Shown here one piece after another: positions 9,864-20,052 of a stretch of DNA of 56,857 bases. Origin of the DNA: Prorocentrum cordatum (Eukaryota); contig CAUYUJ010000061.1 in assembly GCA_963575745.1 (NCBI GenBank), positions 62,001 through 118,857 on the forward strand, written 5' to 3'. The position numbers were made by a program, and so were the translations under genes. Positions within the stretch are counted from its first letter, which is position 1; each line of letters begins with the position of its first letter. Under the pieces are notes generated by a model. That model did not search any database, was not told the origin of the DNA, and saw nothing but the letters and a program-made list of their open reading frames with translations.

Positions 9864-12800
9864 GTGGGCACGTATAACGTGAGGCGCTGTGGCAGCATGA
9901 ACAGCCACGACATGCTTGCTCAGATCAAGACCTCGAATTCGGAAGTTCTCGCTTTGCAGGAGTGCCAGTTCCTTGGAATAGGTAGGTGCTCTGAGCATGG
10001 TTTCACCTTAACTCTTTCTAATGATGGGAAGGCCGGGGTTCTCTACAAGAGGGTGTGGAGAGCCTCCATACGTGAATGCATCAGGGGTAATCGTTATGTC
10101 ATTCTCGTGTTTCAATCGTTGATTGTTGCCAGCTTGTACTTACCACATGCGCCGAAAAAAGGGGATCACAATATCTTATTCACACAAACATTGCAGTCGT
10201 TTCGAAAGGATTTGGATACGCTCCGAGTTAGGTTTCCCAAGGAAGGGTGGGACTTGTTCATCGGGATGGATGCTAACGTTGAGCTTCTGCCTCACACGGT
10301 ATTTGGAGATGTTGCTTTGACTGGTTCTGCAGTGCAGGGTGAGAGATTTGAAGAAGGGGACAATGCAGGAGGAGGTGGACGTGGAGGTTTCCAGCAGGGT
10401 AGGAGGAGGATGCAACAATACATGTGTGACGAGCTCTGTGAATGTATGTGGCATTATGATTTGGTTTTCTCGAATTCTTTTGGGACCCGTCGTACGACCT
10501 GGAAGGCCAGGGAGGAGACGGAGGAGGAGGACAAGGTTCTTGATTACCTGTGTATTCCGAGCTCCTGGGAAAGGCCTCAGTGGGAGGTGTCGTGGTTAAG
10601 GCCAACACTCAGGGGCTCCGTGGACCCCAGAAAGACCCGCCTGTCGGACCATGCCCTGCTCACCTTGCTTGTCCCCGAATCGGCCGCTCCGACTCGACGT
10701 TGGAGAACGAAGCCACGACAAACGTTCACTCATTGGTGCTGCGACGAAGCCTCGGAATTGCAAGTTTCGGCTAACCTTGATCGTCGTTTGCATGCTGCAG
10801 CTCGTTACCCATCTGGTCTCTGCCCGGATGAATTGGCTCCTGTTATCTTGAATGCATGTACACAGGACAAGGAGTCATACACCAATGTCCCAAAGAAAAT
10901 GCAGATCCCCAAAAAGACAGATCGTCATAAGGAACTTGATGATGAATATCGCCGACTGCGTCGTGAAGGAGGGGAGGAGGAGGAGCTCATCAGGGTTAAG
11001 AAAGAGAGAAGGAAGGAGATGCGTGCACACACTCGTCGTCGACTCGAATACGATCATCGTGACGGGAAGCTCGCTCGGACGGTGGTGGACAAATTGAGTT
11101 ATGACGATGTGCTCACGGAGGATAGGGAGTTGTGGGAGAAGGCGCTCTATGCTCACGGGTTCGCCAAGTACCACTGTGCTGCGCAAGGGATACGTAACGT
11201 GGAGTGTATCGAGGAGAGGAGGAGGAGGAGGTTGCAGGACACGAACACAGTGGACGTCTCCCCCATTTCCATGTCCGTATTGTTACAGGCACGATCACGC
11301 TTAAAGTGTGGTAAGGCGGTGGGTAAGGACGGAGTTTCTCCTTCTATGTTGAAACGTATCACGTGGGTAGGTTTGCGTCATATTCTTCGGTTATTCCAAG
11401 ACCTGTATCTTCAACGGTATCCTACTCCTCGGATTTGGTCTGAGTTGCTTGTGGTGTTGATGCCGAAAGCTAAAGATATCACTAAGTTGTCTGATACTCG
11501 TGCTCTCGTCTTACTTAGCAGCCTAAGCAAATGGTATACTTCATGTTTGGTTGAGATTGCTGAAGGTTATCTGAAAAGGGTCCCACAATATCTACATAAC
11601 TACGGATTTTGCAAGGGAAGGCGCACGCACGAGATCACTGCCATGCTTAAGCATGCCACCACACACGCTCTGGAGTGGGGGAAAGATGAGACCCTGCACC
11701 TCGCGTCATTAGATGTGCAGACTGCCTTTGATAACGTCACGGTTGAGAAGGCCAGTCGGGCCTTGGATGCCATCCCTGGGTTCCCCAATGACCTTGCGTT
11801 GGCGCTACTCGCTCCCAGTATCCTGGACACAGCGGACTTTACCTTTCAGGACTCCACGGCGACGGGTATTCCCTGGGATGCATGTGTACGTACTGGTAGT
11901 GTGGAGGCCCCCTTCCTGTGGAAGTGTGTGACACTACTGATGTGGGATAGGATTGTACTGAATTGGGAGGAGGAGAAGTTGGGGTACGATTTGGGGGTGG
12001 AGGCTGGTGGGAGGTATCTTACTCATGCGCTCTGGGCCGATAACATTTTGCTTTTCTCGAAATCAAAGACTGAGCTCACACGTATGGTGGGGGACTTCTC
12101 GGCTCAGCTGTATACGCACGGTTTCAGATGGAAAGATTCCTCACTACACTATCTTGCCTTTGGGGAGGACTCTGAAGGCGCCTCGACGGGGAACCTCGTT
12201 GTCCAGGTGAACGATCTCGGTACCCTGTGTCTTCCGCGATGCTCTGAAATGGAGTGCCTGGGTTGCCTGGTCACGACCAAGACTGACAAACACCATGATG
12301 TGGCTTGGAAATTGGCTCGGGGTTGGAAGCGATTTAACCAGTTCCGCAAGTTTTATACGAATCGTGCTGTACCCTTCCAGAAGAAAATCAAGCATTATGA
12401 ATCTAGGTTGCGTAGTTTTGTACTTTTCGGTGTTGAAGGCATGCCAGCGGACCACCACACTTTGAAACAGTTGCACACGTGGGAAGGTAAAATATTGTGT
12501 TCTATGGTACGCCGCCCGAAACCTGCCGACATGGATTGGAGTATATACTTATGCAACTTGTACAAACGTGGGCGGCGTATGCTCCTGGAATTGGGACGGC
12601 CGTCTCTTGTGCAGCTATTCTTGTTTCGTCAGTGGCAGTGGGCTCAGGACTGTACGTTTACTGTGAAACGCCTGAACCCAACACCCGCACAGATTCCTCC
12701 AGGTACTTTTGATTCTTCAGGCAAGCCTGGCCCCAACGTCTTTGCTGCGTGTGAGCCACCGCCGGCCAAGAGACAACGTCAGGATGAACCCATGTATGTG

Positions 12801-14024
12801 CTACCAAGTATTGCGTGCTCGACATCAATGGGATGTCATCCTGACGTGTGTGAGACGATGCATGCTGTTGATTCCTTTGAGCTCCCTGGTTCTCAGACAC
12901 AATTACCCGCGCATCGGCGCAATCTGATTTCCCAGATGCATAAGCGTGCAAAGACATTCCATCCATCTCAGGATTCTCTGTCGCAAAAGCGTTCCTCTGT
13001 TGAGTTGCCGTCGCAGGAAATCGCTGCAAACAAGCGGCGACGGGTGGCTCCACCTCAGCATCGTAGTACAGGGGACTCGCATATGCAGGCTAGAGAATGT
13101 ATTTTTGCATGGTCGGGGGAGTGGACTGACCGACGGCAGGCCTTCATTGCATCGCTGCCTTGGAAAGAACGCCCATTAATGACGCGTCGGCATGAGGGGG
13201 GGAGACCACTGGCGTTGAGAAACTTCCATTACATTTTCGAGTTGGTATCAGGGAAGGATTGGTATCACACGTTATCCTTTTCACGTCAGGGATGGAAAGA
13301 ATTTCTGAAGCGGGCACTGGATGTTACTAACATGGAGGAGGCGTGGGGGTACTGTTACTTTAAACATGCACAACCTGCGGGATATGCTAGGGAGGAGGAG
13401 GAGAGGGAGAAGACGGAGGAGCAGCAAAGGAAGGAGGACGAGAAGATGGAGAAACGACTTGCGTACATTAATGAACATGCATCGGAGTGGAATGCGGAGC
13501 CTCGGGACTCGATACCGATGGAATTGATTGGGGACTCCGCCACAGGGGTGAATTGGATTAACGGTCTCTGGGCAACATCCAATATTATCTACAAGCACAT
13601 TCTTGGCGACATTCAAAATAGGCTGGAGCATATCTCTGTGTTGTATGGTATGAGGCCTCCGAGTTGGGGCCACAATATGTTCAAGTGGATCTATCGAGAA
13701 GGAAACGAAAGAGCTGACAGGCTGACATGGTTGGCCAGAACCAAAAATAGTTACGTTACGTTCCATACCTCACTTATTGAACATGCGAGTAAAACAAAAC
13801 TAGACGGCCTCCGTGGATTCTTCGACGGAGGTCGCTCTGTGGAGGGATGTGCTGCAGGATGGTGTATAGATTTGTGTGTACACGGGACGTGGCAGTTGGT
13901 GGCGGAGGAAGCTGTCTCGCTTGATGCCTCTGCTTCTGTCATGTTTTGTGAGATGATTGCAGCACAACGGCTCTGTATGGCCGTGGAGCACATTTTGGGT
14001 AGCATCTTTCATCCAAGCAGCTGA
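9864..14024 (+). CDS. LINE-B ORF2: APE - RT - permuted RNase H (intact frame, no in-frame ATG before the first APE motif)
   Basis: APE motifs: GTYNV, ALQEC, GMDANV, VLDYL, LSDHA. RT motifs: KAVGKDGV, YGFCKGR, DVQTAFDNV, RTGSVEAPFLW, WADN (12033-12044). RNase H motifs: IGDS, REGNERAD, FFDGG, MFCEM. The frame is open from 9846. Confidence 0.93.
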   Translation: MGTYNVRRCGSMNSHDMLAQIKTSNSEVLALQECQFLGIGRCSEHGFTLTLSNDGKAGVLYKRVWRASIRECIRGNRYVILVFQSLIVASLYLPHAPKKGDHNILFTQTLQSFRKDLDTLRVRFPKEGWDLFIGMDANVELLPHTVFGDVALTGSAVQGERFEEGDNAGGGGRGGFQQGRRRMQQYMCDELCECMWHYDLVFSNSFGTRRTTWKAREETEEEDKVLDYLCIPSSWERPQWEVSWLRPTLRGSVDPRKTRLSDHALLTLLVPESAAPTRRWRTKPRQTFTHWCCDEASELQVSANLDRRLHAAARYPSGLCPDELAPVILNACTQDKESYTNVPKKMQIPKKTDRHKELDDEYRRLRREGGEEEELIRVKKERRKEMRAHTRRRLEYDHRDGKLARTVVDKLSYDDVLTEDRELWEKALYAHGFAKYHCAAQGIRNVECIEERRRRRLQDTNTVDVSPISMSVLLQARSRLKCGKAVGKDGVSPSMLKRITWVGLRHILRLFQDLYLQRYPTPRIWSELLVVLMPKAKDITKLSDTRALVLLSSLSKWYTSCLVEIAEGYLKRVPQYLHNYGFCKGRRTHEITAMLKHATTHALEWGKDETLHLASLDVQTAFDNVTVEKASRALDAIPGFPNDLALALLAPSILDTADFTFQDSTATGIPWDACVRTGSVEAPFLWKCVTLLMWDRIVLNWEEEKLGYDLGVEAGGRYLTHALWADNILLFSKSKTELTRMVGDFSAQLYTHGFRWKDSSLHYLAFGEDSEGASTGNLVVQVNDLGTLCLPRCSEMECLGCLVTTKTDKHHDVAWKLARGWKRFNQFRKFYTNRAVPFQKKIKHYESRLRSFVLFGVEGMPADHHTLKQLHTWEGKILCSMVRRPKPADMDWSIYLCNLYKRGRRMLLELGRPSLVQLFLFRQWQWAQDCTFTVKRLNPTPAQIPPGTFDSSGKPGPNVFAACEPPPAKRQRQDEPMYVLPSIACSTSMGCHPDVCETMHAVDSFELPGSQTQLPAHRRNLISQMHKRAKTFHPSQDSLSQKRSSVELPSQEIAANKRRRVAPPQHRSTGDSHMQARECIFAWSGEWTDRRQAFIASLPWKERPLMTRRHEGGRPLALRNFHYIFELVSGKDWYHTLSFSRQGWKEFLKRALDVTNMEEAWGYCYFKHAQPAGYAREEEEREKTEEQQRKEDEKMEKRLAYINEHASEWNAEPRDSIPMELIGDSATGVNWINGLWATSNIIYKHILGDIQNRLEHISVLYGMRPPSWGHNMFKWIYREGNERADRLTWLARTKNSYVTFHTSLIEHASKTKLDGLRGFFDGGRSVEGCAAGWCIDLCVHGTWQLVAEEAVSLDASASVMFCEMIAAQRLCMAVEHILGSIFHPSS

Positions 14025-14283
14025 CTCATTTCATCTTGCTTGGAGCTCTCCAACACCTTTACATTTTCACATGTTGTATTGCATCCTTTTCCTTGTTCCT
14101 GCATCCTATTCCGTTGCCTATGCCTCAGTGGCTCGGCAGTGTGATGATAAGAGTTGCCCTCTCCAGCTACCCTGTGCTCCGTTTGGGAGTCTTAGGGCTC
14201 AGCTGTCACAGCTGTCCGCGCCCTGACTCAAACTCAAAAACAAAGGTTGACGGTTTACCGCCGGCGCCCAGTCGAGTGGGAAT

Positions 14284-15329
14284 AACTCGTAGAGCTTCCC
14301 TTAGCAAGTTATTACTGGAAGCTAAGAGTAATCCCGGCGCGCTGGAGAGCTAGTTGGCAAGAAAAATCTCGACGGAACTTTTGGTGATTTTTGCTCGGTT
14401 GAAAATTTGGTTCTCGAAATTTGAGAATTCGTTAGAGCTCTAGTATTTTTTCCCGTGATATTCGATCTTATTCCCGCTCGCCATCTTGATCTCAACTCGA
14501 TCGGGTGAATATTACTTTCGAAAAGCACTGTGGCGGGATCGGCCGTTTTGAGTCATCTTCATACGCGCTGACGGTTTTCTGAACATAACTCGAGCTTTAG
14601 GACAGCCACAGAGCTGGTAAGCACAGCTAATCGATGTAGAATGATTAGGCGCGTTCGCCTGTTGAATCCAGAGGTCTGAACTCGGTGTATTAGCCGAGCT
14701 AGGTCCGCAAACCTATTCGTATTATTCGAATCATATTGACAAGAACTCTCGGTTTTCTGTACTTAACTCGAGCTGTAGAACAGGTACAAAGCTCATATTT
14801 ACAGAAAATGATTCAGAATCATTAGTTGCGTTTGTCTGTCGAATCCAGAGCTCTGAACTCGGTGTGCTGCCCGATCTAGAATCGCGAAACTATTCGTATT
14901 GGTCGAGTCATCTTGAGAAGTGCTCTCGGTTTTCTTCACTCAACTCGCTGAGGGGGGCTACAGGGCTGGTAATCAGAGGAATCGATTTGAAGACACCAGG
15001 CGCGTCCGCCTGTCGAATCCAAAGCTCGGAACTCGGTCTGCTGCCCGAATTAGGTTTGCGAAACTATTGTATTGTTCGAGTCATTCTGAGAGGTGCTGTC
15101 GGTTTTCTGCACTTAAGTCGGGCTGTCGGGGGCTGCAGGCCTGGTAATGACAGGAGTCGATTCGCAGACATCAGACGCGTCCGTCTGTCGCATTCAGTGG
15201 TCAAATAATACTCACTATGAGTCGGAATGTTGGTAGGTGCTGTCGGTTTTCTCAACTGAAGTTGAGCTAGGAAGCTCTACGAGTCTCCCGGCGGTAACCA
15301 AGGTTGACGGTTTACCGCCGGCGCCCAGT
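14284..15329 (+). mobile_element. Complete family-A Helentron-like copy (~1.05 kb)
   Basis: Perfect 15-bp subTIRs lie at 14285-14299 and 15270-15284, followed by the hairpin and CCCAGT. Internal repeat anchors fall at 14678, 14855 and 15029. Removal restores the host TGGGAAT|CATCAGGCGCG. Confidence 0.82.
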
Positions 15330-15419
15330 CATCAGGCGCGTTCGTCTGTTCATCGGAGCTCTGAACTCGGCCTGCTGCCCAAGCTAGATCTGCAAAACTA
15401 TTTGTATTGTTTGAGTCAT

Positions 15420-16462
15420 GACTCGTAGAGCTTCCCTAAGCTAGTTGCTGGAAGCTTAAGAGTAATTCCGGCGCGCTAGAGAGCTAGTTGGCTCGAAAAA
15501 TCTCGACGGAACTTTTGGTGACTTTTGGTCAGTTGAAAATTTTGTTCTCGAAATTTGAACATTCGTTAGAGCTCTAGTATTTTTTCCCGTGATATTCGAT
15601 CTTATTCCCGCTCGCTATCTTGATCTCAGCTCGATCGAGTATTACTATCGAAAAGCACTGTGGCTGGATCGGCTGTTTTCAGTCATCTTGATACGCGTTG
15701 ACGGTTTTCTGATCATAAATCGAGCTTTAGCACGGCTACAGAGCTGGTAAGCACAGCTAATCGATCTAGAATAATTAGGCGCGTTCGCCTGTTTAATCCA
15801 GAAGTCTGAACTCGGTCTGTTAGCCGAGCTAGGTCCGCAAACCTATTCGGATTATTCAAGTCATCTTGACAGACACTCTCGGTTTTCTGCACTTAACTCG
15901 AGCTGTAGGACAGCTACAGAGCTGAAGTTAACAGAAACTGATTCAGAATCATTAGTTGCATTTGTCTGTCGAATCCAGAGCTCCGAACTCGGTCTGCTGC
16001 CCGATCTAGAATCGCGAAACTATTTGTACTAGTCGAGTCATCTTCAGAAGTGCTCTCGGTTTTCCTCACTCAACTCGCGCTGAGGGGGGCTACAGTGCTG
16101 ATGGTCACAGGAATCGATTTGGAGAATCAGGCGCATCCGGCTGTCGAATCGAGAGTTCCGAACTCGGTCTGCTGCCCGAATTAGGTCTGCGAAACTACTG
16201 TATTGTTCGAGTCATCCTGAGAGGTGCTGTCGGTTTTCTGCACTTATCTCGGGCTGTAGAGGGGGCTGTAGGGCTGGCAATGACAGAAGTCGATTCGCAG
16301 ACTTCAGACGCGTCCGCCTGTCGCATTCAGAGTTCACAAAATATTCACTATAAGTCGGAATGTTGGTAGGTTCTGTCGGTTTTCTTGACTTAAGTCGAGC
16401 TAGGAAGCTCTACGAGTTCCCCGGCGGTAATCAAGGTTGACGGTTTACCGCCGGCGCCCAGT
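15420..16462 (+). mobile_element. Complete family-A Helentron-like copy
   Basis: SubTIRs lie at 15421-15435 and 16403-16417, followed by the hairpin. Internal repeat anchors fall at 15808, 15985 and 16160. Removal restores the host GAGTCAT|CTTGAGAAGTG. Confidence 0.82.
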
Positions 16463-16957
16463 CTTGAGAAGTGCTCTCGGTTTTCTGCACTTAACTCGTG
16501 CTGGGAGAGGGCTACAGTGCTGCTGGTCACAGAAATCGATTTGGAGACATCAGGCGCGTCCGTCTGTCGAACCGAGAGCTCGGAACTCGGTCTGTTGCTC
16601 GAACTAGCTCCGCGAAACTATTGTATTATTCAAGTCATCCTCTGAGCTGCTGTCGGTTTCTGCACTTAACTCGGGCTGTAGGGGGGCTGCAGGGCTGGTC
16701 ATCACAGGAGTCGATTCACAGACATCAGACGCGTCCGCCTGTCGGATTCAGAGGTCTGAGCTCGGTTTGACACTCGAGCTGGGTTCCAAACTGTTCGTTT
16801 TTTGCCAGAGTCATCTTGAGAGGTCTGGCTCACATTATATACTGTCAGGAAGCTCTACGAGTCCCCCGGCGGTAACAAAGGTTGACGGTTTACCGCCGGC
16901 GCCCAGTAATTCCGGGGCGCTGAAGAGCTAGCTGGCAAGAAAAATCTCGACGGACAT

Positions 16958-17359
16958 ACCTCGTAGAGCTCTTCGACATCGATGAGCTAGAGGAATTCCG
17001 GCGCGGGGTGGAGCTAGTTGGCCCACCCGGCCGAGGTGGACAATGTGACAACTTTTGGGTGGTTTTGCAAAGATTTGAAAGACATTTGACAATTCATTTT
17101 GAGAAACCCGATTTTTCGCACCTGTAGTGGGTTTTGCCGCGTCTGCCAGTAAAATTTTCAGGTCTGTAGGTGTAGTATTACTATTAATACACTTGGCGGA
17201 ACCGACGTTCAGTAAAAGCAGGAAAAACGTGTTTTTTTTGAGTTTTTTCTTTCTCGCTCCAGAAGCTTTCTCTCCATGTTCTGACGATCGCCGTGCAAGA
17301 AAAGAGCTCTACGAGGTTCACGGCGGTAGCCAGGTTGACGGTTTACCGCCGGTTCCAGT
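16958..17359 (+). mobile_element. Complete family-B Helentron-like copy (~0.4 kb)
   Basis: Perfect 16-bp subTIRs: ACCTCGTAGAGCTCTT (16958-16973) and AAGAGCTCTACGAGGT (17302-17317), followed by the hairpin. It is inserted in the T-run of a family-A copy (CGGACAT|TTTGATGAC). Confidence 0.8.
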
Positions 17360-20052
17360 TTTGATGACTTTTGGTCGGTTGAAAATTTGGTTCTCGAAAT
17401 TTAACAATTCGTTAGAGCTCTCGTATTTTTTCCCGTGATTTTCGATCTTATTTCCGCTCGCCATCTTGATATCAGCTCGATCGGGTACCTTTCACTGCCA
17501 AAAAGCACTGCGGCAGGATCCCCCGTTCCGGGTCATCTTGTCACGCGGTGACGGTTTTCTCAAGATAACTCGAGCTTCAGGGCAGCTACAGAGCTGGTTA
17601 GCGCAGCTAATCGATTCAGAATGATCAGGCGCGTTCGCCTGTTGAACCCAGAGGTCTGAACTCGGTCTGCTAGCCGAGCTGGATCCGCAAACGTATTCGT
17701 ATTATTCGAGTCATCGGTTTTCTGTACTTAACTCGAGCTACAGGACGGCTACAGAGCTGATGCGTACAGAATCTGATTCAGAATCATCAGTGGCCGTTGT
17801 CTGTTGAATCCAGAGCTCTGAACTCGGTCTGCTGCCCGATCTAGAATCGCGAAACTATTCTTATTGTTTGAGTCATCTAAAGAGCTGCTGTCGTTCTCTG
17901 CACTTAACTCGGGCTGTCGGGGGGGGGGCTGCATGGCTGGTAACCAGCGGAATCGATTCGGAGACATCAGGCGCGTCCGCATTTCGAATCGAGAGCTCCG
18001 AACTCTGTCTGCTGCCCGAACCAGGTTCGCCAAACTATTCTTATTGTTCGAGTGATCCTGAGAGGTGCTGTCGGTTTCCTGCACTTGACTCGGGCTGTAG
18101 GGTGGCTGTAGGGCTGGTAATGGCAGGAATCGATTCAGAGACATCAGACGCGTGCGCCTGTCGCATGCAGAGGTCTGAACTCGGTCTGATACTCGAGCTA
18201 GGTTTGCCAAGCCATGCGAATTGTTCGAATCATCTTGAGAGGTGCTGTCGATTTACGAACGTAACTCAGGCTGTAGGAGAGTTGCAGAGCTCGTACAGAA
18301 GACAATCCAGAAGCATCGGGGGCGTTCGGCTGTTCCATCCGAGAGGTTTGAAATTGCTTTGGCCGAGGAACTTTTTTTTATGTGTATTTTTTTTCGACAT
18401 TATATGTTGTCAGGAAGCTCTACGAGTCCCCCGGCGCAACAAAGGTTGACCGTTTACCGCCGGCGCCCAGTGATGACTTTTGGTCGGTTGAGAATTTTGT
18501 TCTCGAAATTCAACCATTCGTTAGAGCTCTAGTATTTTTTCCCGTGATATTCGATCTCATTCCCGCTCGGCATCTTGATCTCAGCTCGATCGGGCACCTT
18601 TTATTGTCAAAAAGCACACGGGCGGGATCAGCCGTTTTGGGTCATCTTGATATGCGCCGGTTTTCTCAAGATAACTCGAGCTTCAGGACAGCTACAGAGC
18701 TGGTAAGCACAGCTAATCGATTCAGAATGATCAGGCGCGTTCGCCTGTTGAACCCAGAGGTCTGAACTCGGTGCTAGCTGAGCTAGGTCCGCAAACCTAT
18801 TCGTATCATTCGAGTCATCTTGACAGACGCTCTCGGTTTTCTGTACTTAACTCGAGCTACAAGACAGCCGCAGAGCTGATGCGTACAGAATTTGATTCTG
18901 AATGATCAGTGGCCGTTGTCTGTTGAATCCAGAGCTCAGACGTCGGTCTGCTGCCCGATCTAGGTTCGCCAAACTATTCGTATTGTTCGAGTCATCTTGA
19001 GAGATGCTGTCGGTTCTCTGCACTTAACTCGGGCTGTAGGGGGGCTGCATGGCTGGTAATCACTGGAATCGATTCGGAGACATCAGGCGCGTCTGCCTTT
19101 CGAATCCAGAGCTCCGAACTCTGTCTGCTGCCCGAACTAGGTCCGCGAAACTATTTGTATTGTTCGAGTCATTCTGAGAGGTGCTTTCGGCTTCCTGCAC
19201 TTAACTCGGGCTGTAGGGGGGCCGCAGGGCTCGTAATCACAGGAATCGATTCAGAGACATCAGACGCGTCCGCCTGTCGCATGCAGAGGTCTGAACTCGG
19301 TCTGATACTCGAGCTAGGTTTGCCAAACTATTCGTATTGTTCGAGTCATCTGGTGTTGGCGATTTACGCACGTAACTCGGGCGGTAGGAGAGCTACAGAG
19401 CTCGCACAGAAGACAATCCAGAAGCATCGGGGGCGTTCGGCTGTTGCATCCGAGAGGTCTGGAATTTTTTGGGCTGAGAAATTTTGTTTCTTTGTATTTT
19501 TTTCGACATTATATGTTCTCAGGAAGCTCTACGAGTCCCCCGGCGGTAACAAAGGTTGACGGTTTACCGCCGGCGCCCAGTTCCGGCGCGCTGGAGAGCT
19601 AGTTGGCAAGAAAAATCTCGACGGACCTTTTGCTGACTTTTGGTCGGTTGAAAATACCTCATAGAGCTCTTCGGCATCGATGAGCTAGAGGAATTCCGGC
19701 GCGGGGTGGAGCTAGTAACTCGTAGAGCTTCCCTTAGCAAGTTATTGCTGGAAGCTTAAGAGTAATTCCGGGGCGCTGGAGAGCTAGATGGCAAGAAAAA
19801 TCTCGACGGACATTTCGGTGACTTTTGGTCGGTTGAAAATTTTGTTCTCGGAATTCAACCATTCGTTAGAGCTCTAGTTTTTTTTTTTTCCCGTGATATT
19901 CGATCTTATTCCCGCTCGCCGTCTTGATCTCAGCTCGATCGGGTACCTTTTACTGCCAAAAAGCACTGCGGCGGGATCGCCCGTTTCGGGTGATCTTGTC
20001 ACGCGGTGACGGTTTTCTCGAGATAACTCGAGCTTCAGGGCAGCTACAGAGC

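Larger units (their letters stand above)
9643..14238 (+). mobile_element. LINE-B: 5'-truncated non-LTR retrotransposon with intact ORF2, inserted in the hairpin loop
   Basis: It is bounded by the 28-bp TSD. It contains an ORF1 C-terminal remnant, a 1386-aa ORF2 and a 3'UTR, and ends in the tail ACTCAAACTCAAAAA. Confidence 0.93.

Noticed and set aside
1818..14024. LTR/DIRS retrotransposon, retron, group II intron or DGR reading of the RT ORFs
   Set aside because: An N-terminal APE domain, 5' truncations, A-rich tails and a TSD indicate non-LTR elements. There are no integrase, protease, tyrosine recombinase or LTR features.
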